Source: a virus (lineage: Duplodnaviria; Caudoviricetes). Taken from it: a stretch of 64,000 nt of DNA. Under the pieces are notes generated by a model. It had not been told where the DNA came from. It worked only from the letters and a program-made list of their open reading frames with translations, and ran no database searches. A program made the position numbers and the translations under genes. Position 1 is the stretch's first letter; each line of letters starts with the position of its first letter. Where the stretch lies: IMG/VR virus record IMGVR_UViG_3300031867_004305, positions 96,001-160,000 of that record; one strand, given 5' to 3'. Below are positions 31,957 to 42,512 of this stretch, piece by piece.

Positions 31957-32006
31957 TTTATAATTATTTCTATAAATAAAATATAGAGTAAAAGGAGGAA
32001 AATAAA

Positions 32007-33629
32007 ATGGGAGTACTAAATATTAAGTCTCAACAACTGCGGTCTTCCGTTTCACCTAAAACTTCAATTGCTCCAGCGATAATTAATCTAACTCCCGGTA
32101 CAATTACTTATGATGGCACAGAGAAAACCCAGGGAGTAGATAACATAATTTTTATGCTTACTGAAGGTACAGATTATATGCTTGCTGGTACAACCGCAAT
32201 AAATGCAGGTACGCATACTATCACAGCAATAGGTACTAATAATTACAAAGATACTGCTTCAATAGAATGGACTATACAAAAAGCAAATAGTTCTATTACA
32301 CCAAGTGTCTCTTCCCTAAAAATCCAAGAGCCAGAAGATATTGGTACATTTACAATTATAACTACTGGTGATGGAACTATAAGTGTTTCAAGTAGTAACT
32401 CGGCAGTTGCTACAGCAACTCTAAATAATAATACTATAACCGTTACACCGATAGGAGAAGGAACTGCTACAATCATTGTTACTATTAGTGAAAGTAATAA
32501 TTATAATGAAGCAAAAGCAAATGTAGAAGTAAATGTAGATTTTACAAAAGTATTTGGTGTAGTTTGGAATTATAATAGTTCTTCTCCTGTACTTACACGT
32601 CTTACACCAGCTAGTGATCCATTTGAATTTGTTAATACTATAGTTTTAGCTGATCCAATTCCAGCAATTGGAACAGGCCGTGGAAGCAGTCAGTTTGATA
32701 ATTATATGCCATGGAAAGGAATGGAAGAATATAATGTAATAAATAATGAAATTGTATATAAAAAAGGAGATAGCAATTTTAGTCGAGAAAATGATACTGT
32801 AATATATATACCAGAATTTTATTATAGAATAATATTAGATAGTGTAAATAGTAAACTCTATTTCTATATATCAAATCATCCATTTCAAGATTTCGAAAAG
32901 CATCCTGGCTCAGGAGCTTATATCGGAAAATATCACCTTGGTAGCGGATATGTCTGTAGAACAGGAATGGATCCACAAGTTAATATGACAAGAGCTACTG
33001 CTAGAACAAATATAACAAGTAATTTAGGTAGTAAGTGGTCTCAATGGGGCCTACATCATTGGAATGCTATCCAGTTACTATATATAATTGAATTTGCTCA
33101 TTGGAATAGTCAATCTAAAATTGGCCTAGGACTTGTAAAGAATAGTACACGTGAAAAAAGTGGAAAAACTGATACAATGACATATCATACTGGCATTGCT
33201 TCAGATTCTAATCTTTATGAGGCTGTTCAGTACAGAGGTATAGAGAACTTGTGGGGTAATGTAAACCAGTGGATTGATGGCGTAAATATGAATAGTAGTA
33301 CAATTTACTGTTGTACTGATCCTTCTAAATATTATGATAGTACAACTTCTAATTATATTAATTGTGGCTCTGTAACTACTAGTAGTGGTTATATTAGTAG
33401 TTTAAATATTAGCTCAAATGCAAATTGGGTAATATTACCTAATGGTGCTAGCGGTACCAGTTCTACTTATATACCTGATTATTATGGATATTATAATAGT
33501 ACTTGGTGGGTAATATTCGTAGGTGGTGGCCATGACTCAGATAAACAAGCTGGTTTATTTTATACTTCAGGTGTTTATACATCCTATACAGGCTCATATA
33601 TCACTTCCCGCCCAGTATTCATCCCCTAA
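32007..33629 (+). CDS. Adhesin: Ig-like domains plus C-type-lectin-fold C-terminus
   Basis: YRGIENLWGNV.QW; terminal VGG.....AGLF....SRPVF. Confidence 0.65.
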   Translation: MGVLNIKSQQLRSSVSPKTSIAPAIINLTPGTITYDGTEKTQGVDNIIFMLTEGTDYMLAGTTAINAGTHTITAIGTNNYKDTASIEWTIQKANSSITPSVSSLKIQEPEDIGTFTIITTGDGTISVSSSNSAVATATLNNNTITVTPIGEGTATIIVTISESNNYNEAKANVEVNVDFTKVFGVVWNYNSSSPVLTRLTPASDPFEFVNTIVLADPIPAIGTGRGSSQFDNYMPWKGMEEYNVINNEIVYKKGDSNFSRENDTVIYIPEFYYRIILDSVNSKLYFYISNHPFQDFEKHPGSGAYIGKYHLGSGYVCRTGMDPQVNMTRATARTNITSNLGSKWSQWGLHHWNAIQLLYIIEFAHWNSQSKIGLGLVKNSTREKSGKTDTMTYHTGIASDSNLYEAVQYRGIENLWGNVNQWIDGVNMNSSTIYCCTDPSKYYDSTTSNYINCGSVTTSSGYISSLNISSNANWVILPNGASGTSSTYIPDYYGYYNSTWWVIFVGGGHDSDKQAGLFYTSGVYTSYTGSYITSRPVFIP

Positions 33630-33692
33630 TCCCAAAACAAACAAACCCAAACCCATTCCCATTCTCACCACAATATATAAGGAGGAAACAAC

Positions 33693-33845
33693 ATGCTAGC
33701 AAAACTATGGGCCGATCAAATTATTGACGGCAACAAAAAGTTCAGCGAAGTTCCTCGCCTTTTAAAGGAACAAGTCCGAGCGATTCTTATTGAGAAGGAA
33801 CGTGAAGATTTATTAGAAGAGCAGGAGGTAACACAAAATGAGTAA
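33693..33845 (+). CDS. Small CD1375-like protein
   Basis: MLAKLWADQIIDGNKKFSEVPRLLKEQV..., read manually. Confidence 0.6.
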   Translation: MLAKLWADQIIDGNKKFSEVPRLLKEQVRAILIEKEREDLLEEQEVTQNE

Positions 33846-35289
33846 CATAATGACAAAACGTGGTTCACAAGATAACGTAGTGACTTACGAACATTATTGT
33901 GATACCACAGCAGATTTGACTAATATACCTAAAAACCAAATTACACTTGGGTCTATCGCGGTGGTACTACAAGATGAAGATGGCGGATTAGGTATTTATA
34001 TCGCGAGCTCAAATAAAGAATGGATCGCAGTTTCAACCTCTAGTGGAGGAGCTGGTGGAGGTATTCCTTTTGTTGGCAAACTGCCTATCCATTTGTGCGG
34101 TGAAGGTGAATATGACGCTGAAACCGGCAAGCCGACAGTGGAAAGCCCGGAGGAAGATATTTTCTACCTTGTTCCTACAGGTGATTCGTTGGGTGATGAC
34201 CAGTTTAAGGCTTGGGTGTATTCCGAAGGCCGCTGGGAAAGCTGGGAAAGCATGAGTGTTGAAATCCCGCAAAGCGACTGGAATCAGAGTGACCCTACGG
34301 CGACGGATTATATCAAGAATAAGCCCGCGATTAAAGCAGGAACAGGCACAAGCTCTATCTTGGAGGCCAGTGCGGCTGTGGCAAGCGGGCCACAGTCCCA
34401 TGCCGAGGGTGCTGGCACAAAAGCAAGCGGGCCACAGTCCCATGCCGAGGGTGGTGGCACAGAAGCAAGCGGGATACAGTCCCATGCCGAGGGTAGTGGC
34501 ACAAAAGCAAGCGGGGCACAGTCCCATGCCGAGGGTGCTGGCACAAAAGCAAGCGGGGTACAGTCCCATGCCGAAGGTAGTAGCACAGAAGCAAGCGGGC
34601 CACAGTCCCATGCCGAGGGTAATGGCACAAAGGCATTGGGGCAGACTGACCATAGCGAAGGATACCAGTGTGTAGCGGGCGCTGCAACCGGTGGTCAACC
34701 AGGCAATCATGCCGAAGGTTACGGAACAAAAGCAACGGGTGGCGCGTCCCATGCCGAAGGTTACGGAACAACAGCAAGCGGGGAACAGTCCCATGCCGAG
34801 GGTAATGGCACAACAGCAAGCGGGCAACAGTCCCATGCCGAAGGTGGTGGCACAAAAGCAAGCGAGGCATATTCCCATGCCGAAGGTGGTGGCACAAAAG
34901 CAACGGGTGTCGCGTCCCATGCCGAAGGTGGTGGCACAGAAGCAAGCGGGCCACAGTCCCATGCCGAGGGTGGTGGCACAAAAGCAAGCGGGCCACAGTC
35001 CCATGCCGAGGGTAGTGGCACAACAGCAAATCATGCAAGCCAACATGTATTTGGCGAATACAATATTGCAGATAGTTCTGCAGAAGCAGAAACAAAACGA
35101 GGCGACTATGTTGAAATCGTTGGTAACGGTACAAAGAATGACGCTCGTTCCAACGCACGTACCCTTGACTGGTCTGGCAATGAATGGCTGGCCGGGAACT
35201 TGACGGCGGCTGGCGGCAGTATCACAATAGGTGCTACGACTATTACCGAAGCGCAGTTGCAGGCGTTACTTGCACTGCTGAATGCTTAA
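33838..35289 (+). CDS. Adhesin with YadA/Hep_Hag-like 14-aa SHAEG repeats
   Basis: Tandem ASG.QSHAEG..T repeats; RSNARTLDW.GN.W motif. Confidence 0.7.
   Translation: MSNIMTKRGSQDNVVTYEHYCDTTADLTNIPKNQITLGSIAVVLQDEDGGLGIYIASSNKEWIAVSTSSGGAGGGIPFVGKLPIHLCGEGEYDAETGKPTVESPEEDIFYLVPTGDSLGDDQFKAWVYSEGRWESWESMSVEIPQSDWNQSDPTATDYIKNKPAIKAGTGTSSILEASAAVASGPQSHAEGAGTKASGPQSHAEGGGTEASGIQSHAEGSGTKASGAQSHAEGAGTKASGVQSHAEGSSTEASGPQSHAEGNGTKALGQTDHSEGYQCVAGAATGGQPGNHAEGYGTKATGGASHAEGYGTTASGEQSHAEGNGTTASGQQSHAEGGGTKASEAYSHAEGGGTKATGVASHAEGGGTEASGPQSHAEGGGTKASGPQSHAEGSGTTANHASQHVFGEYNIADSSAEAETKRGDYVEIVGNGTKNDARSNARTLDWSGNEWLAGNLTAAGGSITIGATTITEAQLQALLALLNA
34381..35030 (+). repeat. 42-bp coding tandem repeat, about 15 units
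   Basis: Unit approximately GCAAGCGGGCCACAGTCCCATGCCGAGGGTGGTGGCACAAAA. Confidence 0.9.
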
Positions 35290-35450
35290 CGTCCAATGTA
35301 GTCCACGATTCCCGGAACTATGAAATCATGGGTGAAATGGACACATTAAGCAATTCTGGAAAATACTGGTATTTCTGATAAATACCAAAAGGAAGAAGGG
35401 CTACTCAGTAGCCCTTATAATAAAAACTAAATTAAAATTGAAATAATAAT

Positions 35451-35500
35451 ATTTAACTCCATTTTAATCTCCATAAAACAATATTAAAATGGAGTTAAAT
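35451..35500. repeat. Perfect 18-bp inverted repeat, intergenic
   Basis: ATTTAACTCCATTTTAAT ... ATTAAAATGGAGTTAAAT. Confidence 0.85.
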
Positions 35501-35529
35501 TAATATAAAATAAAATGGTGGTGAGCCAA

Positions 35530-35721
35530 ATGAATATAATGACAAAACGCGGCTCGGAAGATAACATCGTAACTTACGAGCATTATTGTGATACCGCCAC
35601 TGATATGCAAAACATAGACCCAAAATACATCACTCTTGGTTCCATCTGTATTGTAGTAAAGGGAGCAACTGGCTTAGAGGTATATATCGCAGGTAGTGAT
35701 AAACAGTGGGCTATCGTATAA
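35530..35721 (+). CDS. Stand-alone copy of the N-terminal domain of 33838
   Basis: Shared NIMTKRGS.DN.VTYEHYCDT. Confidence 0.7.
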   Translation: MNIMTKRGSEDNIVTYEHYCDTATDMQNIDPKYITLGSICIVVKGATGLEVYIAGSDKQWAIV

Positions 35722-35733
35722 GGAGGTAATACA

Positions 35734-37560
35734 ATGGACATAATTGATATCATCCTAGCCAAAAAACAAGCACAAGGTACTGGTGCGGCCTTAGCAGCGG
35801 CCGCACAACAGGCCATTGTAGACGCAAATAACGCGACTTCCACAGTAAATGGTTTATTGGACGACGCCCAATCCGCTACCGAAGCAGCGAATGCCGCGAA
35901 CGCACAAGCACAGGCCGCCGCGGCAATCTATGATGGTCTACTTGCCATAACCGACGAAGCTTTTGTAGCGGAACTAGAACCACAACTAACTGAAATCGTT
36001 TCTGACTACGCAGTAGAAAATGTAACAGTAGAAGAAGAAACCGAACCTGCTGTCAAAACCAAAAAACTCAAAGTCCGCAAAAAGAACATCGACAATGCCT
36101 ACACCCTAATGAAGTCCTACACTACCACAGGCAACAACGAAGATGGCACTATGACCCAAAAGGCCATAACTGATGCTATCGCGGCGATACCTACTGGTGG
36201 CGGTAATAGCGGTTCCATCTCTATCGATGCCGACCCAGGACACCTTGTTGTAGTAGGACAAGATGGCGAATTAACAGCAACTGACCTAACCGAAGATGAC
36301 CTAATTCGTACAGCGGTTGCTATGGGAACCTATCAACCCAAGGACGCACTAGGACTAGAAATTGACTACGAAAATAAAACTTTTACCCGCCTATACAGCA
36401 ACACAACATCCACCAACTTCGATGCCTTCGATATGTTTGGCGGCCGCAAGCGTTGTATCGTATCTGACGCGGGCGAAATCGTAGCTTTCCATGGCCAAAA
36501 TAATTACGTTGAAGATGGCTCACTAGGCCAAGTTATGGTCTATCAGCCCAAATTTTACTACCTAATCCAACCTACCAAACTGGACGGTAATAAAATCCTA
36601 AAAGAAATTGTAGCAATTTCTTCAACCAAACAATCAGGCTTAGCTCTATTCCCGCTATTCTACGACGCCAATGGCAATGAACTAGAATATGCTCTACTTC
36701 CAGCCTATGAAGGATGTGCCTATCGCACAAATTCAAGCACTTACGTACTAGACGACGCACAAACAGTCAATCTAACAAACGATAAGCTCTCATCTATCGC
36801 TGGAGCCAAGCCTATTTCAGGTGAAACTCAAGCCTTTACTGTTTCCGCCGCGACCAAAATGGCTTCCAATCGTGGAAACGGCTGGCAAATTACTAATCTA
36901 CCTTTTGAAGCACTAAATCAAATCTTAATGTCAATTGAATTTGGTACCTTAAACGTCCAAAGTGCTTTCTATCGTGGTATAGTAGACCTACAAAATCAAA
37001 CTACAAATGCCAGTTGTATTACTGGTGCTACCGCAACATTAGGTTCTCAGAGTGGTATGGCGGAAACTACAACTCAAACCTACGGTCTCACAACCGAAAC
37101 TCTTACTGGTAACGGCAAAAGTTCCATTTCCTATCGTGGTATGGAAAATCCATATGGTAATATTTGGCGTTTTGTTGGCGGCGTAAAAGTAAGTAGTGGT
37201 AAATTCAGTTACAACACTCACCAGTTATCATTTGCCCTACCAACCAATACAAGTTGGATTTCCGCTTTTGGATATGACCGCGAAATGCCTTGGGCTTTCT
37301 TACCAATTGAATGTACTGGTGCGAATAGTTCCTTACCTGTGGGTGACCAATTCTTCCCCATCGCAGGTAATGATGATGAATACTGTTGTGTTGCCGGAGG
37401 TAAAAATTCTTCAGCAAACAGTGCTGGACCATTCTACTATGGTGTAGACCATAAATATAATATTTTCGCCTACTCCTATAGTGCACGCATAATGTATATT
37501 CCCACCGCTACGAACTCTTACTATCAATCTAACCTAACAAAATGGAGGGGAGTAAGATGA
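35734..37560 (+). CDS. Tail/adhesin protein with C-type-lectin-like C-terminus
   Basis: VMVYQPKFYY, SYRGMENPYGNIW, GG......AGPF. Confidence 0.6.
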   Translation: MDIIDIILAKKQAQGTGAALAAAAQQAIVDANNATSTVNGLLDDAQSATEAANAANAQAQAAAAIYDGLLAITDEAFVAELEPQLTEIVSDYAVENVTVEEETEPAVKTKKLKVRKKNIDNAYTLMKSYTTTGNNEDGTMTQKAITDAIAAIPTGGGNSGSISIDADPGHLVVVGQDGELTATDLTEDDLIRTAVAMGTYQPKDALGLEIDYENKTFTRLYSNTTSTNFDAFDMFGGRKRCIVSDAGEIVAFHGQNNYVEDGSLGQVMVYQPKFYYLIQPTKLDGNKILKEIVAISSTKQSGLALFPLFYDANGNELEYALLPAYEGCAYRTNSSTYVLDDAQTVNLTNDKLSSIAGAKPISGETQAFTVSAATKMASNRGNGWQITNLPFEALNQILMSIEFGTLNVQSAFYRGIVDLQNQTTNASCITGATATLGSQSGMAETTTQTYGLTTETLTGNGKSSISYRGMENPYGNIWRFVGGVKVSSGKFSYNTHQLSFALPTNTSWISAFGYDREMPWAFLPIECTGANSSLPVGDQFFPIAGNDDEYCCVAGGKNSSANSAGPFYYGVDHKYNIFAYSYSARIMYIPTATNSYYQSNLTKWRGVR

Positions 37561-37835
37561 TTAAACATGGAACAACCTATTCATCAATTCGTCCCCAAGG
37601 GATAGAAATAAACGAGTCAAAAGTTTTTGTCGCTACAAACATCGTAGAGACTACAGGAGAAAATGACCACGGTGATTTTCTTACTTACTATTCCTACGAT
37701 TTAGATGAATATGATAAAAATGAGTATATGGGAATGCTTGCGGAAAAAAATATCCAATTAGAGCAAGAATTACTAAATACTCAAATGGCTCTTTGCGACC
37801 TATATGAAGCAATGGAAAAAGGGGGTAGTTTATAA
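37557..37835 (+). CDS. Hypothetical tail-module protein
   Basis: EYDKNEY...TQMALCDLYE motif. Confidence 0.6.
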   Translation: MIKHGTTYSSIRPQGIEINESKVFVATNIVETTGENDHGDFLTYYSYDLDEYDKNEYMGMLAEKNIQLEQELLNTQMALCDLYEAMEKGGSL

Positions 37836-37945
37836 TGGCAAAGATTTATGCTAACCTCATTATACACGGCCTCAAAACATTAGATGATGTTCCGCAACAT
37901 TTGCGGCTTGCTGTAGAAACATTACTTATGAAAGAAAATGTTTGA
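37835..37945 (+). CDS. Small CD1375-like protein
   Basis: MAKIYANLIIHGLKTLDDVP..., paralogue of 33693. Confidence 0.6.
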   Translation: MAKIYANLIIHGLKTLDDVPQHLRLAVETLLMKENV

Positions 37946-37970
37946 CTTTTTTTGAAAATTGGGTTATAAT
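37942..37970 (+). promoter_or_regulatory. SigA-type promoter opening the tRNA region
   Basis: TTGACT-N17-TATAAT, followed by a long inverted repeat to about 38021. Confidence 0.75.
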
Positions 37971-38035
37971 TATTACATCAGGAGGAGGAAAGGAACTCTT
38001 TCCTGATGTAATAAATTATAAGGAGAGGAACTTAT

Positions 38036-38338
38036 ATGAAGTATTATTCAGAGGTACTAAACAAGTATTATGACAATGCTAATGATTGTCTAACTGCTGA
38101 GCGTGAATATAAGGCAAAGCAGGAAAAGGAAGAGTATGAAAAGAAGCGTGTTGCGGCCGAACGCAAGGCAGCCGCAGATAAGGTTGAAGCCGCACGCAAG
38201 GTTATGACTGAGGCTCAGTCAAACTACAAGAAGGAACTAGAAGCCTTCTGTGCTAAGTATGGTAGTTATCACTACTCTACTAAGGACGTAAGTGATATTC
38301 CTACCCTATTTAGTGATATTTTCAATATCTTTTCCTAA
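38036..38338 (+). CDS. Hypothetical coiled-coil protein
   Basis: RBS; strong AAG/CTA codon bias. Confidence 0.65.
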   Translation: MKYYSEVLNKYYDNANDCLTAEREYKAKQEKEEYEKKRVAAERKAAADKVEAARKVMTEAQSNYKKELEAFCAKYGSYHYSTKDVSDIPTLFSDIFNIFS

Positions 38339-38363
38339 CAAACGCCCGTGAAAACGGGCATAT

Positions 38364-38456
38364 GCCCGCGTACTCAAGTTTGGCTGAAGAGGTCGGTCTT
38401 GAAAACCGAGAGGTCAGGAAACTGGCGCAGGGGTTCAAATCCTCTCGCGGGCGCCA
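38364..38456 (+). tRNA. tRNA-Ser(UGA)
   Basis: Cloverleaf; TCGGT-CTTGAAA-ACCGA; long variable arm; CCA. Confidence 0.9.
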
Positions 38457-38471
38457 TGTCCCATTAGCGGT

Positions 38472-38568
38472 TAGGCACACACAGCAATTTTTATTTATTA
38501 TAAGAATTGTATTATTTGTTTGTTTTCGTGCCGCGGCTGATAGTACAAAAATAATTTTGATGTGCCTA
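38472..38568 (+). ncRNA. CAGCAA stem RNA copy A
   Basis: TAGGCACA-CA-CAGCAA ... TGTGCCTA. Confidence 0.65.
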
Positions 38569-38617
38569 GAAAATACAATCTGAAATTATTAGTAGTGCTA
38601 TTGGTCGCGAGAATTAT

Positions 38618-38694
38618 GCCGGTGTAGTTCAGATGTATAGAACAACAGTCCTCTAAATTGTAAGTCGTGGGTTAGAGCCCCACCGCCGGTGCCA
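38618..38694 (+). tRNA. tRNA-Arg(UCU), atypical
   Basis: ACAGT-CCTCTAA-ATTGT (C33); T-loop TTAGAGC; CCA. Confidence 0.7.
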
Positions 38695-38710
38695 TTTAAA
38701 AGAGGTAAAA

Positions 38711-39685
38711 ATGAAACTACAATTCCTAATTCCTCAATACAGAGAAACAGAGGAAATGATTTGGCCTTTACTTACTTCAATTGCTCTTCAGCGTAGATTA
38801 GACTTTTCTGAGATAGGTGCTATCATTTGTAATGATGGTAGTGATACGATATTATCAGAAAGCTTTTTAGCACAATTTCCATATAGGATAGAATATATTC
38901 GTGCACCGCACGGCGGAGTATCTGCCGCGCGCAATATTTGTTTGCGACAAGCTACCGCAGATTATGTTATGTTTTGTGATGCGGATGATATGTTTTGTTC
39001 TACACATGAGTTGTGGCAGGCTTTGGATTCGCTTTATAAAGACCCGTGTGATGTTTTGGTCTGTGATTATATAGAAGAATGGGCTACTTCGAAACAAAAA
39101 TATACTTATAAAACTGTTACTGAACCAGACCATACTATTCACGGGAAGATTTTTTCCCGTGTTTTTCTAATGGAAAAACAAATTTTTTGGAATGAAAAAT
39201 TAACAAATATAGAAGATAATTATTTTTGTTTTTTAGTTTATAGCGAAAATCCAAAATTAGGGCAATACCATTATTCTACATATATGTATTGTAATTCAGA
39301 AGGCTCAATCACGCATAAGTTAGATTATAATTATTTTTCTACATTGGACGTTATTAAATGTTTTGTAGCGTTAATAGAAGAACTGCTGCGACGAGGTAAT
39401 TATAATTGGGCACAAGATATGCTATTGAGTGTTTATTATAAAATTTTCTTTACTACAAATCTAGAAGAATGGCAAACAGAAGAAAGAAGGGATTTAAAAA
39501 CTAAAGTTGAACAAAGTTTTAAAAAAGAACTCCTTCCTTATTGGGATTTATATCTACAAACCAATGAGGAACAACGAGTTCAATTGTATAAGGAAACTAA
39601 AGTAGCTATAGAATATATTTGGCATCCATTTATTGAAACTATTAGTTTCAAAGATTGGATAGAATATATAAGGGGGTTAACATGA
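38711..39685 (+). CDS. Glycosyltransferase family 2
   Basis: [26 protein letters not shown] motifs. Confidence 0.9.
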   Translation: MKLQFLIPQYRETEEMIWPLLTSIALQRRLDFSEIGAIICNDGSDTILSESFLAQFPYRIEYIRAPHGGVSAARNICLRQATADYVMFCDADDMFCSTHELWQALDSLYKDPCDVLVCDYIEEWATSKQKYTYKTVTEPDHTIHGKIFSRVFLMEKQIFWNEKLTNIEDNYFCFLVYSENPKLGQYHYSTYMYCNSEGSITHKLDYNYFSTLDVIKCFVALIEELLRRGNYNWAQDMLLSVYYKIFFTTNLEEWQTEERRDLKTKVEQSFKKELLPYWDLYLQTNEEQRVQLYKETKVAIEYIWHPFIETISFKDWIEYIRGLT

Positions 39686-41586
39686 AAAAACTAATTACAG
39701 CAATTTTACTCCTCTTCTTCATTCCCCACATTCTTCTCGCAGAAGAAATTACTTCTATCCAAGACATTCTTCCATCAGAAGAAACTTTGTCTATTGAGGA
39801 TACCGAAGTAATCATATCAGCGGAAGAAGAATTAACTCCAGAAGAATACACATTCAATCTTGAGCCGGAAGTTGAATTTATTGCTTCTAATGAAACAGAA
39901 GAAGAAGAAACAACCGAAGAAGAAACAACCGAAGGAGAAGAGGAAGAAGAAGAAACAACCGATGAAGAAACAGTAGTCTTTAAAGGAGAAGTTGAACTAA
40001 CCGAAACACTCGGTATAGTAGATATTTCTCAAACCGTAAGCGTTTATAACTACTTCTACGACCGTGTAGCCAAGAAGTATTCAGTTCCTATGCAGACTGA
40101 AGTAAAACAACTAGGGCTTGACGCATACGTGCGTGTGCACCTAAATGCTTATCGCACGGTCAAGGCAACAGACGAAGAAGAAGAAATAGACTGGGATTTT
40201 CTTGAATGTGGCGTTTTAGACGCAGACGGAAATCTTCTTGAAGAAGGAACTCCCGACTATGTACTTATTGGTGATACAGTATACTACACCAAAATACTAC
40301 CAAAGGGATATACTTTTTACGTAGCTTATTACGGACGTTTTAATGACTATCAGCATTTAGCAACTAGTTCTCGCGTTAGCACTCGTCCTAGTGCCGACGC
40401 AGTTCAAAGTCAAAATTTTTATCCTGACTTTAGTAGCGACGACCCTTGGAATAACATAAATATTCAAGAAAAAGAAAAAGACGAAGTAGAACAAGTAGCT
40501 TCTTTGACTTTTGAAGTCATAGAAGGCGAAGATTACGGAGAACTTGAAGCGACAGTAGATGAAGAACAACTAAAAAATTATGCGATGCCAGGCGATAATA
40601 TAGAGATGGAAGTCCAATTAGATGTAACTGGCGAAGAAGGCTATATTTATGAAGTATTTCATAATATCAAAGCAATAACTTCTATGTCAGAACTAACCGA
40701 TTCTATCATAGAAAATCTAAAAGTTTGGTTATCTGTAGACAATGAAGAAAGAAATGAAATATATAATTCTGAAATACCTGAAGAAAAACAGTCATTAGGC
40801 CAATATATCAAAGGCCAAATACTAAATCTATGGTATTCTTTTACACTCGCACCCGAATTAGATAATGATTTTGAAAGTGAACAACTCACTATCAAAACAG
40901 AATACGAATACGCAATCGCGGCGACCCCTACACCTTCACCTACACCGACGCCAACTCCATCTCCAACCCCAACACCTACTCCATCGCCATCTCCTACACC
41001 TACACCAAGTCCTACTCCTACACCAACACCTAGCCCTACTCCCACTCCAACTCCCAGTCCTACCCCAACAATAACACCTTCTCCTAGTCCAACTCCAACA
41101 CCAACTCCAACGCCTACACCCACACCTACCCCAACTCCAACACCAACACCTACTCCTAAACCTACACATACGCACAAACCAACTTCAACACCAAAACCGA
41201 CTCGTACTCCTAAACCTACAGAGGAAGTAGTTATAATAGTAACTCCTACACCCACACCTACGCCCACTCCTACTTCTTCTCCTACTCCCACTCCTATTCC
41301 TACTCCAACCCCAACACCCACTCCAAAACCAACGATGTCACCACGCGAGAAGGAACGTATTAGAAATTACATTATCAAAAATCGCGATACTGACCCAAGA
41401 CTAAGCCAATACAAAGACATGACTGTAGAAGAATTAGAAGAGTTAATTGACCTTCTAGATTATGAAACTCCTTTGTATGGCGAGTTACTCAAAACAGGAG
41501 ACGAAATCCCTATTTATCCATTTATTTTTGCGGGTGCGGGTATATTAATTCTTTTATTTGCGATTTTCCGCAAACGTATTATTTGA
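39682..41586 (+). CDS. Secreted acidic surface protein with Pro-Thr repeats and sortase-type C-terminus
   Basis: Signal peptide; (PT/PS)n tract; LKTGDE, then a hydrophobic helix and RKR tail. Confidence 0.7.
   Translation: MKKLITAILLLFFIPHILLAEEITSIQDILPSEETLSIEDTEVIISAEEELTPEEYTFNLEPEVEFIASNETEEEETTEEETTEGEEEEEETTDEETVVFKGEVELTETLGIVDISQTVSVYNYFYDRVAKKYSVPMQTEVKQLGLDAYVRVHLNAYRTVKATDEEEEIDWDFLECGVLDADGNLLEEGTPDYVLIGDTVYYTKILPKGYTFYVAYYGRFNDYQHLATSSRVSTRPSADAVQSQNFYPDFSSDDPWNNINIQEKEKDEVEQVASLTFEVIEGEDYGELEATVDEEQLKNYAMPGDNIEMEVQLDVTGEEGYIYEVFHNIKAITSMSELTDSIIENLKVWLSVDNEERNEIYNSEIPEEKQSLGQYIKGQILNLWYSFTLAPELDNDFESEQLTIKTEYEYAIAATPTPSPTPTPTPSPTPTPTPSPSPTPTPSPTPTPTPSPTPTPTPSPTPTITPSPSPTPTPTPTPTPTPTPTPTPTPTPKPTHTHKPTSTPKPTRTPKPTEEVVIIVTPTPTPTPTPTSSPTPTPIPTPTPTPTPKPTMSPREKERIRNYIIKNRDTDPRLSQYKDMTVEELEELIDLLDYETPLYGELLKTGDEIPIYPFIFAGAGILILLFAIFRKRII
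40921..41330 (+). repeat. Pro-Thr/Pro-Ser coding repeat
   Basis: Degenerate ACNCCN repeats. Confidence 0.9.
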
Positions 41587-41611
41587 CTTTACATAAAAAT
41601 TCTGCTATAAT
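41583..41611 (+). promoter_or_regulatory. SigA-type promoter
   Basis: TTGACT-N17-TATAAT with TG extension. Confidence 0.8.
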
Positions 41612-41678
41612 TATATTGTAAGGTTGAGAAAGGGCTACACTTCCTCCCTAGTCATAATGACTTAAAGAAGTGTTTTAT

Positions 41679-41752
41679 GGGGTATTAGTTCAATAGTAGA
41701 ACACGACCCTTGCAAGGTTGAAACAGCGGAGCGTTACCGCTATACTCCACCA
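41679..41752 (+). tRNA. tRNA-Ala(UGC)
   Basis: G3:U70; CGACC-CTTGCAA-GGTTG; atypical T-loop AGCGTTA; CCA. Confidence 0.85.
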
Positions 41753-41857
41753 GGAGGTACGAAAGCACGGTGCCAAGCCCCAAGCAGCGTCATGAACTGT
41801 ACAGTGCCTTGTGTGTTTCCTATTTCCACAAGTAAAGCTAAAAAAAATAGGACGCGT

Positions 41858-41932
41858 GTACCATTCGTTCAGTGGATAGGACACCTGACTACGGATCAGG
41901 AAACAGGAGTTCAAATCTTCTATGGTACGCCA
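41858..41932 (+). tRNA. tRNA-Arg(ACG)
   Basis: CCTGA-CTACGGA-TCAGG; CCA. Confidence 0.9.
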
Positions 41933-41935
41933 CAA

Positions 41936-42003
41936 CTAGACACGTACAGCAATCTTTTCTATACTACCTGCGCCATTTTTGCTGGAAATTAGAATGTGTC
42001 TAG
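41936..42003 (+). ncRNA. CAGCAA stem RNA copy B
   Basis: CTAGACACG-TA-CAGCAA ... TGTGTCTAG, between two tRNAs. Confidence 0.65.
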
Positions 42004-42007
42004 ATTT

Positions 42008-42081
42008 AGGAGTTTAGTGTAATGGTAGCATACCGGTCTCCAACACCGTTGGTGAGGGTTCAAATCCTTCAACTCCTGCCA
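42008..42081 (+). tRNA. tRNA-Trp(CCA)
   Basis: CCGGT-CTCCAAC-ACCGT; CCA. Confidence 0.9.
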
Positions 42082-42512
42082 TTAGGTTCCTCCTGTAAAA
42101 ATCCTTCTGTTCGCGACAGTGAAAAGGGGTGGTTGGGGCTAGTAATATAAGCAAAGTAGAACTTATATTGCGTGTTCGCCATTAAAGAACGCTGGGAGTT
42201 CTCTTACCCCATAAGGTAGTCCGGAATACTCACAAGATTCGCTCGGTAACTAATTTTATCGTAACTTGAAATTAGCGGTAGTCAACCTCGTAAGTGTTGG
42301 ACGTGTTGGCCTACGAATAGAAGCTACCAGTCTTCAGGTAAATGGAGAATGAGGTGCCCGGGTGGGCGTGCCAACCAAGAGTAGAAAGAGGCACAATGGA
42401 GTATACACAACGCGAGTGTTTATTCCTACTGTTACTCGCGGCAGGTAGGATGATAGAACTGATGGATTGAGGCCCGGAGGTATTGATTCTGAACTTGCTG
42501 CGAGATTTATAC

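Noticed and set aside
34381-35030. CRISPR array or DGR repeat
   Set aside because: In-frame 42-bp coding repeats with no unique spacers.
38618-38694. Amber suppressor tRNA (CUA) and stop-codon recoding
   Set aside because: The anticodon stem pairs only with TCT centred. Genes end normally at TAG, TGA and TAA, and long ORFs are intact in code 11.
41753-41825. SRP-like RNA (GCCAAG...AAGCAGC) after tRNA-Ala
   Set aside because: Lacks the GGAA-tetraloop helix. A closing stem exists but no family can be supported.
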